Assembly (NCBI RefSeq): GCF_016432865.1
Contig: NC_067401.1
Coordinates: forward strand, 41,292,001 to 41,356,000
Reading direction: 5' to 3'
DNA from: Antechinus flavipes
Taxonomy: Eukaryota
Length of the DNA stretch: 64,000 nt
The notes beneath the pieces were generated by a model. It had not been told where the DNA came from, made no database searches, and saw only the letters and a program-made list of their open reading frames with translations. A program made the position numbers and the translations under genes. Positions 45,291-56,600 of this stretch are shown piece by piece (positions within the stretch are counted from its first letter, which is position 1; the number at the start of each line of letters is the position of its first letter).

Positions 45291-48200
45291 TACACACCCT
45301 CTTTTGGTTATAGCCAGTGCAGAAATTTTTTTTTGACTATGAAAAAAGAAAAAAACAAAACCTCAACAACAACAACAAAAAAGAACGGAGAAAGATGAGA
45401 ACAATAATAACTTTACATAAAGCAATTTCATTTGAATGGGAAGCTAGACTGCAGGGAGTTAAAAAAAAAAAAAAGAAGAAAGAAAGGATATGATGGAGGC
45501 ATCAATTTTGGATGGCCATCTCAAGGAGTTTAGCTATGAAAGGAAGGAAAGATATAGGTGGCAGGAATAGATGGATCAAGCAAGAGGGTTTTAGAACAGG
45601 AGAGATATGAGAGTCCTTAATTTAGCATATAGAAGCATATAGCAGATAGGGAAAGATTCAGGATTAGTGGAGAAATGGGTGTGATTGAGTGGACAGTCTG
45701 CTAAAGAATGAGATGAAATGTGATCACTATTGCATATAAACTAGTTTGCCCTGGCAAGGAGAACATAGCTATTTATATGAGATAGGGGTAAAGGAGAAGA
45801 TAGTGACGTGATCTATGATGTGGAGTTTGTCACCAAATAATGGCAGGCACCAAAAGTTGGGGTTCAGTCTTGTGAAGAATTCACATTGGCCATTCTCTTT
45901 GGCAAAAGGTAGATTTATTTGGGGAAGACATAATAGACAAAAAGAAGGGATACATAGGAATGGTAAATATGGAATAGAGTGGGAGAACATATGTAAGACA
46001 AGTTCCTCAGTGGAACTCACAATTACCCCATGAGGTTGGGATATACCCTTTGCTAGCAGACTAAATCCTAAAAGGAACTTATCATCTTAAAATTTAAGTA
46101 GCTTTTAAGGAGGAGAAGTAAAGTTGGAAAGTATAGTGGAGTTAGGGGAGATACTATGTGGCATGGGGGAAAGGGAAGAGAAAAGACACCATGAGACAGA
46201 GTGCTGTGGTGGACTGACCCAAAGGAAGGAAACCATCCTACAATAGGGAGAATTTAACTTCAGGGACATGATTGGTATTCCTGACAGGGCATCACAAGGT
46301 GAGACTGCATGAGACTCCTACTGAGGGTGAGTCTCAGGAGTATGACAAAACTTGGAATTTCAGATCAGACCACCTCCTCAAAGGGTGGGAGCATGAGCTA
46401 AACTAGATCTCTATCTGAATCGCTTGCCTCAGGGATCAATTATTTAGTTTCTCTTGGTCCAAAACAATATTCAGAATATCAATAGGATAAGGCATCATCT
46501 GAGTGATATGCTGTGAGAATGTGATAAAAATAATCTGAGAAAGTGGACAAAGGAAAAGTAATGAGATTTAAAGAAAGGTGGAAAGGTTTTGAAAAGCCTC
46601 TGTAATAGGCTGTTTAATTAGGGTAGTATAAAAGTATTGTCTTGCAGCAGTGAGGGCCTATTTGACATTAAATTTAAATTAGTTGTAGACTCATTCAGCA
46701 AGGGTTTTTAAAATTTTTCTTTAGCTTTAGTCAGCAATACATGAATAAGATCAAAGGTGATTGATAGTGGGAGTAACCTAAGGCTGAGAGTTGGCAAAGC
46801 AAGAGCAAAAGGGCAAGGGGGCAAAGTACTCAAATCAGAATCTGTAAAGGTTTAAGCCAAGACTGAAAATAGCATTTTTAATCTTTTTGATGAGACGAAA
46901 ATATTTTGGTGTAACCATTGCTTTCGTTAAAACTTTCACTCTTTTTTTTGAAAGCAAAAAAAAAAAAAACCCTTCAAAATACTTTGTCTTTCTCAAATTT
47001 AAATGTCTATTTTTATGTAAATTTCACAATGTATAGAATGTTGGTATCATTTTAAATGATATAATTTAAACATATATTGATGATGTTTTCAAAAGGTTTC
47101 ATTGATAAGAATGTGTGGTCAAAATGGAGAATGCAAAAATCATCCACGAAACATATGAATATTATCAGAAAAGAGCAGATGGATATTTAGAACAAGTTAT
47201 AGAAGATCATGGCAGTTTTTAAAAATTATCATTAAATTAAACATGGCACTTTGCCTGACTTTTCAAGGGATGGGATAGGCTTGGGAAGAGAAAGTGAGGA
47301 TTTGGAACTCAAAATTTAAAAAATGCTAAAATTCATATCTAATTGGAATTATTAATAAGATAAATAAAAATGTATTAAAAACCCCAAGTTAAAAAAATTA
47401 TTTGCAACAGAAACTCATTATTTAAAATCTTCCATTCTTTATATATCAAAATGATGGAGGTATCAATTACAGATGTTTAAAGTTTGTCAAATACACAATT
47501 TTTAAAAAGAGAATTAATAATTAACTTTGGACACTCAGAGACTTTGAGAGTATTGGAGGAAAAGAGATATTAAACACTAATTATGTCATTTCTAATTCTG
47601 AATTATGATGATATCTAAAATATTTTGCCTCTGATCCATCTATTTGTTGTTGTTTGTCCTTCATTCTCAAAGATGACCATGACATCAGGAAAGTGATGCT
47701 ATAAGTAATTTGTGAGTAATTGTGTCAGTACAATTTTACCAAATGATAACTTGAAGTCAGTATGCACTGTAATGAATAGTATGTAATGTTATTTAATACA
47801 GTGATTAATTTTAAATCACTGACTGTACTGGACAGAAAATAGGTATTTGACCATTGACTTACTGACCTTTATAGCTTCTGACCATAAAGTACCAGCACTT
47901 AAATCAGTCACTGATAGCATCCCTAATACTGAAAAAACAAAATTCTGAGGTCAGGTAAGGAAATCATTGGGGAGTTCAGATTAAAAAATAGTAATGAATA
48001 TAAATTTGCATAAGGTTCAAGGGTATTTCTCTGTGGGGCATTACTTCAACTGGATCATGACTCATAGCACAGCTTTCCTGCTTTGCCAACAGTTCAGACT
48101 TTAATAATTCTATCTCTTAGAAACAAGAGGGAAAGGGAAATGAAATAATTAAAGCCAGGAAGTATATTTCCTTTTTTAATGTTAGTGAATGTTGAATACT

Positions 48201-51200
48201 TCTTGCTTTTAAGTTGGTTTATACAGCCAGGTTAAAATATACTAGTAAGTATTCCTAAAATCAAACCGTAAAAAAGTATCCATATGTAATATACATTAGA
48301 ATTAAAATTTTTAAATATTACTATATATACAATATATACATGTGTATTTTAAAGTTTAATTTTGAATTTGATGAACACTAAAAAAAAGAATGTTTTCTGT
48401 ATGTGGTATAAAACAAAAAGGAACCAACAGTATTATATATGGCTTGCATTAAAAAAAAAATTATTGAGGTTCATGTTCTTTTTTTAAAATTAATTTAACA
48501 TTGCCTAAAATTTCCCCTTGTATTTGTCCTCCTGTCCTTCCCAGAGAGTCATATCTCATGAGAAAGAATATTTTTTTTTGGAAGAAAGAAGAAAACTCAG
48601 CCAAATAATTTAATTAATTTTTTTAAACCTTGAATATGCATTTTTCATACTTGTGAATTTCATACCTCTTTAGACAGGGGGCCAGGCTTTGTAATTTTGC
48701 TGCTTTCACTTTTCAAAAAAATCATTTTGTGACTTTGTTCTTTCCATTTGTATTGTTATCATTATGGATGTTGTTTTCTTCTGTTTATTTCACTCTGTAT
48801 TTGGTCATATGTTTATGTCTTCTTTTATAATAAGCACAGTAATACTCTATTGCGTTTTTGTACTACAGTTTTTCTTTGTCTTTTTTATAATATACACAGT
48901 AATATTCTATCTTATAATAAACAGTGCTATTCTGTTGCATTCCTGTACTGCAGTTTGGTTAGCCATTTATTCCCCTCATCGATGGGCAATAACTTTGTTT
49001 CTAATTCTTTGTTACTAAAAAATAAAGAAGGGCTGCTATAAATAGTTTTATTTAAGAAGGGGCTTTCTTATCAATGACTCTTTGGGCTATATGTCTAGTA
49101 GTGCAATCTCTAGGTCAAAGGGTATGGATACATTAGTCATTTTCTTTATATAATTCCAAATGACTTTCCAGAATACTTGTACTAATCCACAAGTCCAACA
49201 GTATACTAGCATGATTCTCTTCCCACCTATCCCAGTCCAACATCTTTTCTTCTCTTGTTGTTAATTTGCTGAATGTGAAGTAAAACTTGAGGGTTGTTTT
49301 TGGTTTGCACATTTCTTATTACCTCAACTTGCACTCATATGGTTATGTTTTTATGGTTACAGTTCTTGTGAGAACTGTTCATGTCTTTTCATGATTTATC
49401 TGTTGAGGAATTACTTTTTTTTTTTCTGACCCAATTGGGATTAAGTGACTTGCCCAGGATCACACATCCAGAAAATGTTAAGTGTCTGAGATCAGATTTG
49501 AATTCAGGTCCTCCTGACTTCAGGGCTGGTGCTCTATCCATTGCGCCACTTAGCTGCCCCAAAGAATTTTGATGATGTATCTGTTAGTTTATGTATCTTA
49601 GATATCAAATGTTTATCTGAGAAATTTGATAAAAAGTATTTTTCTCCTTTTCATTTGCTTCCTTTTTCCTAGATGAATTAATTTGTTTATATAGAGGATT
49701 GAGCAGCAAGGTGATATGGGGGTACTGGGGATAGAGGGCTGGATTTACAGTGAGGAAGGCTTTATGTTCAAATGTGGATTCAGGCAGTATAAGTGTGAGT
49801 CACTTAATTACTCTGCCTCAGTTTATTTTCTCTTATGGTGGAGATTATAACATCAAATCAGATGAAATATTTGTAAAGCCCTTAACACAGTACCTGGCAT
49901 AAAATAGGCATATAATAATGCTTGTTCCCTTTCCCCTTGTCTTTTACCTTTAGCTTTACTATAGTACCTATCACATAACAGATGCATCAATTTATGTAAG
50001 TCTTTCCAGGCCTCTCTGAAATCATCCTGCTGGTCATTTCTTACAGAGCAATAATATTCTATAATATTCATATACCACAATTTATTCAACCATTCTCCAG
50101 CTGATGGGCATCCACTCAGTTTCCAGTTTCTGGCCACTACAAAAAGGGCTGCCACAAACATTTTTGCACATGTGGGTCCCTTTCCCTTCTTTAATATCTC
50201 TTTGGGATATAAGCCCAGTAGCAACACTGCTGGATCAAAGGGTATGCATAGTTTGATAATTTTTTGAGCATAATTCCAAATTGTTTTCCACAATGTTTGG
50301 ATTCGTTCACAACTCCACCAACAATATATTAGTGTCTATTTTCCCACATCCCCTTCAACATTCGTCCTTGTCTTTTCCTGTCATCTTAGCCAGTCTGACA
50401 GGTGTATAGTAGTTGATCAGTTTTCTAATTCAGGCTTTTCTGAATCGATCAAGGCTGCTTATGAGAGAATCCAGAGTCAGGTTGATTGTCAGAGAAGCAT
50501 CTTGTCACCACACCTGAACTCCAATTCTTTCTACCTAATAGAAGCCTTATGCTCTTAATGTCAGGCTCACTTTTCTCTTTTAAGCCTCCTCCTCCACTTG
50601 TACCCACTTTGTGGTGGTGATTCTTCATCTGTACGTGACTCTTCATGATCTCATTAGAGTTTGCTTGGCAAACATACTGGAGTGGTTTGCCATTTCCTTC
50701 TCAAGCTTATTCTACAGATGAGGAAACTAAGGAAAATAAGGTTATGCGATCACATAGCTAAGGTGTACTGAGATCAAATTTGAACTCTTGAAGATTTTTT
50801 TTCCTGACTCTAAATCCAGCACTCTATCCACTGTGGCACCTAGCTGTCAGCCAGGAAGGAGTTGAGGTGAGGACCATGCCTTAAACCCAAATTGTTCTGA
50901 CTTATTGACTTGACCAAACTAGGTTCCTGGTCAAGGCCCACTTGGTTATTGTTTGGTCCCTTATTGGTTCAGAGTGAATGGAAATAGCAGTTGTTTCTGT
51001 TTTGACCTAAAACACTGAAGGTCTTTCCCTCCCAGATGGTTTACACTTTTTTTTTTTTTTTTTTGGCCTCATTTTCTGCCTCATTTTTTTGTAATCTTAA
51101 TCTGTGAATGGCTATTTTGCCTTAATCTAACAGACAAAGGGCCTTAGGTCAAATTCTCCCACTGCATCCTGGGCCATCTGTAGTCCTTATCTGTATCTTA

Positions 51201-53636
51201 TCATTGGACTCCCATGGTTTTGGAGGAGAAAGTGAGGCTGGTGACTTTGCATAGCCCTCCCTCACTTAAATCCAATTCACTTGCATGTCTTGGCATTACC
51301 TCCTGATATTTTGGTTCTTTTTGAGAATAACAAACAAAGCTGTAAGATAGGAGGTATACTATATAATGATGACTAATCTTTTAAAGTTTATGATTATCTA
51401 TCCTAGAATTAGAGCTGGCAGGGACATAGTACCGGGCTCTTAAACTTTTTCCACTCATGATCCCTTTTTTGCCCAAGAAAGTTTTACATCTGTCTTGCAT
51501 CTGAGCCGAGGTGTTTCTAGTAGCTTACATGCATGCAGTGCAAAGTGCACATGTTTGTTCAGAACCAAGACTGCAGTGAAGTTGAGCTATACAGCATGGC
51601 CAAGTCTTGCCAGAATCACCTCAGATTCATTGCACATTTGATTTTGAATTAACTTTTGGTTCAGAAACCTTTTACTGTTGCCAAATTTTTTGGGACCCCC
51701 CCCCCCATATTTAGGTACTCAAGACCATATGGGATTTTGACCCACAGTTTAAAAAGATTTGACATAGTCTAGACCTCTTGCTTTGTAGAGGATGTTCCAG
51801 AAGAGTGGGAGAAGCAAAGATTTAAACTTACCAATGTAATTAATGCCAATCAGGATTTGGATCCTTTGTAAAACTCCTAATTACTTCAATTATTTAATTC
51901 AATTCAGTCAACATTTATTAAGCACCTACTGGTGAGATTGAATAGAGCAATTGGCACCAAACGATGAGATAGATGTAGATACCAAATGATGGAGTTCGAC
52001 ACCAAATGATAGGGTTCGGTAGCAATTTACATGTGAAGAACTCACAGGGTCTTTCTCCTTACCCAAAAATAATATTGTTCATGAGAAGAGGTTGCAATCA
52101 AAGTGAAGAGGTAAAATAGGGACTAGGAGTTGTAAATATGAAATAGATTTTAGAGAGCATATAATTAGCAAAGAAAGGGGTTTTAACAATTAACAGTGGA
52201 AAAGACAAGTTTCTCAGTGAAACTCACAGTTAACCAGGAGAAGGGAATTATTCCATGAGGTGCAAGTACACCACTGACTGGCAGGCTAAAACCTAAAAGG
52301 GAATTAGCACCCTAATAGTAGTAAAGAAAAAGACACGATAAGGCATGTGGGAGGAGATAAGAAAGACACCAGGAGGCAGAACACCTTGTCGAACTAACCC
52401 AAAAGAGATGTTGTAGACCATCTAGGAGAAAGTTAACCATGGAGGTTTGACATCATAACTTAGCTTTCTGATTGGATATAGTAATGAGGAGTAGTCCTGT
52501 AAGGTTGAGCTAATCCCCAATCCTGATCTTCCTTGCCTCAGGGAGTAATCTTATTAGTATTTTGGGCTTTCTCTGCCAAAACCACCTTATGACCCACGAC
52601 CTCATCACCTACCATGGGCCAAGCTTTTGTTATTTGGTCCTTGTTCTGAAAAGGACCATGACATTGGGCGGTGATGCTGTGACATGTAAATGAATTGTTT
52701 TGAAGTGAGGAAGGCTGTGCAAAGTCATCTGCCTCGCTTTTTCATTTGGAACCATCTGGGTCCAGTGGTCAGATATAGATCAGGAGGACTGTGGCATATC
52801 CTGGCCTTTTTAAGTTAAAGTCTTTAACAAGTCTCAATTTGACTGAAGCAACCACTCATTCATTTAGCAATTTAGGCTGGGTAAGAATTGAGGCAAAAAA
52901 TGTCTTTTCTTACATAGATTTTGAACTATTTGGGAGGAAAAGAACCCCAGGGTTTCTGGTCAAACCACAATTGCTATTTATGTTCACACTTTGGCTATGG
53001 GACCAAAACAAAAACAGGGTGGACTTTTTGTTGGCCTACCTGTGAGAGCTCATGTGATCTGGATTTTAAGCTTGATGCTTAAACTGTGCCTGGCCCTGAA
53101 CTGAGCAATGTAAATAAAAAAGTCCCTGCGCTCAGAGAGCTTACATTCTAATGGGAGAAGACCACAAGCCAAAGGGAAAGAGCTGATAGGAGAAGGCTCC
53201 TAGGGGTAGGAGCCTGGAGTATCTTTTTGGGGGGAGTTGAAACCAAGCAGAGTGGTTCTGCCTTACTCAGCCAAGCTTGTGTTCTTTAGAAAGGAAGGCT
53301 TGGGGGGAGGGGAAGGGGTTGAATGTTTCACTCCCCATCCTTCCCATCAGACTGAATACAATCTCCCAGAATTGATTGTCTTTATAAGTCTGGAATTTTG
53401 AATATAGGCAGTTACCTAATCATAAGCCTTAAGGTATTGACTTAGAAATCTTCAAATGACAACGTGAGAAGATCCCTATATTGGGAGCTTCAGCTTTGAG
53501 TCTTAGTGTTTTTCTTCCTTTTGTAACTTGATTCAAGTCATTTTCCCTCTCTGAGCCTCAGTAATTGAGGCAGTGCTAGATTACATCCAAGATCCATTCT
53601 AGCCCTAAATTTATGCTATTCTGTGCTTTCCAGTTA

Positions 53637-53675
<39 letters not shown>

Positions 53676-56600
53676 ACCACATGAGACTGCTACGTGTTAT
53701 TTTGAGACACTTAGAGTCAGAAAACCAAACAGACCAGAAATATGGGAAAGCTCTGCCTTCGACCAATTTAGCAACACTGCTGTTAATGTCCTCTGCTGAC
53801 AAGATGATATGTGGTACATCTGTTTCTGTCCCATCCAACATTATAATGTGTTGTTTCTATGCCCATTTATCTAGTAGAAATTTTTCATTGAGTTAGAATT
53901 GAGAAGGAAGATAGATAATTAAGATTTACCCAGATGCCGTATAGATATTTTTAAATGAGTGAAGCAGTTGGAAAAAAGAGAGGCTAATACTTTTGACATT
54001 GTTCACATCTATTTCTTCTCCTTTGGAAATCAGTTCACATATCCTCCAAACATATCAGTATTTGCTTATGTATAACAGAAAGCCATTGCCCAACTGGACG
54101 TGCCCTCTTACGGCATCAGTTTTTGTTTGTTTCCTGGCCTGAAACTGCACAGTCAGCTCTCTGACGACTTTTATTTCCTTTCCTTTATAGGAGTATATTT
54201 GCCCCAGATGTGAATCCGGCTTTATTGAAGAAGTGACTGATGATTCCAGGTATTGTACAAGCTCATGAATAAATCAGATGCTGTGTGATTAATCATTTGA
54301 ATTGAATGAATTGAAGTCAATTTGGTTCTCTTATTCTAAAGAGACTGCAGTGGGGGAGAGAAAAGGGGAAAATGAAAAATGAGTTAGGATGGCTCACTGC
54401 TTAGAATGCTGGGCCTGCAGGCAGGGAGGCCTGACTTCACATCTAGCCTCCCACCACTTTGGGCAAGTCACCAGATCTTTGTTTGCCTCAGTTTCTTCAC
54501 TTGTGAAATGGGAATGATAGCAGCTGGGGTAGGTTTGTTATGAGAATCTAGTAAGCTAAGATTTATAAAGTGCTTATCACAGTGCCTGGCATATAATCAG
54601 CACTATATAAATATTCCATTATTTTCCCTAGTCCAGTGATCCTGGGAATATGGCATTTTCTGGGAAATCCTTATTTCCATACCAGTTAGAATTGAGTTGA
54701 TTATCATTTTGTTCTTAGGATTCTAGGATGCTTTTAGATTTATGATGATCTATTCTGTTGTATGAAAGCCAAGTCGCTATGCTACATCATGGGAGAGTAG
54801 TTTCTGGAGAAGGTAGCAAGCTTCACATATTCATAGCAGCTTTATTTATAAAGAACAGAATTCACTTGACTGTGGAGAAGCCATGTTTTCCTCCCTTTGA
54901 CTGATACTTTAGAGGAACTCAGTTTATCTATAATGGGATCAAATTAATGCCAATTTGTTTAGGGAAACAGATTTCCATTTCTAGTCCCTGGAAGAAAGAT
55001 GGACTGTCATTAAATCTAAGAAGACATTTCTATCCATTTCTGTCCTTATGTGGTGGACTAAGTAGAAATTGCTTAGAAGGGGAAGAACAATGGCAATCTT
55101 ATAGGGCTTAATAGCTTAGGAACGTGCATTTTCTTGTATTATTTTAATAGAACAGTTTTATCCCAGGTGAAATAGTTTCATTTTCATGTTCCCTTTAAAC
55201 TCAGGATAATTAGGTATTGGCTTTTTTTAGCATTTAGTAGTTAGTTAGTTGATTGATAAGATAGTTGAATTAATGATTCTTTCTAGCTAAGTAGCTAAGT
55301 AAACAAGATGATGTATTCAGGCCTATCTCCTTTGAGTCCTGCAGAACCAAAATTTGCTCATAATGGTTAAGGGGTAGAAGATAGGAACTGAACCCCTGGT
55401 TTCCTCCTGTATGTAGCTCCTATTAGGAATAATTCATTCCACAGTGCAGGTTGTCACCTTCTCTGTAGCTTATAGTTTGGAGAGACTTACCTTGAATACT
55501 GAAAGAGGTTGAGACTTGCTCAGTGTAATGCTGCCAGGATGTTTGGGGGAAGATTAGAACCCAGAGTTTCCTGGGCTAGAGCCAGCTAACTGTAACACAG
55601 TGTCTCTCACAGTTAATGAGAGTTGTTAATTCCCTTACTGTTGCTGTTGGCAGAATCTAAAGTTGAAAGCTCCTCCAAACCCAGGGGAAAACTACCACCT
55701 TACAGTATGTACAGTGTTGGTTTGTTTTTACTAATGAGTGGAGAGTGTGTGCATAAATAAACTGGAGTTGCTGACCTCATCCTTTGTCCACTTGATGCAT
55801 GGGTTCAATTTAGGACAGACCTACAGTTTCACAGCTCCCATAACTCGAATTCTGAGGAAGCCGTTTTAGCAAAGCTAAACCTGCATTCTGGCATGACATC
55901 AGAAAAGCGTGTGGGCGGCATGTTAACTTGGGCTGACTTTCTGTTTGTATTCCATATGTATCCAGTGCTTATTGCAGATACTTGGGTCTTGCATGCATTA
56001 AGACCATATCAACTAATGAGATTGGTAGTGTCTGGGCTTAATTTTTTCAAGTTTTTTTTTTTTTTTTTTTTACATTTAAGTTAATTTTTTATACTTACAT
56101 TGGCAAGTGTCTACCTTAAGAAGGGCAAAGTTTAGCTTGACAGTACAAATGAAAAACAGCGTTGGATGTCTAGATTTCATAGCTCTCTCTTCTCTTAACT
56201 TTACAGTGCTTTCCATTTACCACTTTGCACATAGAATGTAAAGCTGGACAGGCACTGCTGTGGCCAAACGCTGCTGACATATGAGGTCTGGTAACTCCAG
56301 AAAGACATCAGTCTGTTGAATGAAGTCCTTCCCCTAGGTTGGAGAGCTATTGGAGAAGGAATAATGGAGTAAAGGTCACAAGCCTTGCTAGTTTGTAAAT
56401 ATTTGACTAGGTAACAGCAATGAGGTTTTCTTTCTCTAGCCTAGCTTTGTACATATTAATTTGAAGGACCTTATGTACTTGCTGTAGATCAGAGGTCAGC
56501 AAGCTGCCAGAGGACCACATCTGGCTCTCTTTTTTGATGTGGTCTTGAGCTTAGAAAAGTTTTTAGATTTAAAATGTAAAAACCCTTCTTAGCTCCCTAA

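Noticed and set aside
49853-50293. 146-aa ORF as a host gene
   Set aside because: It is the C-terminus of L1 ORF2, running into a neighbouring SINE.
54250-54258. RNF115 intron 2 donor GTATTGTA as a possible U12 site
   Set aside because: It lacks the ATCCT core, and the acceptor has an ordinary U2 pyrimidine tract.
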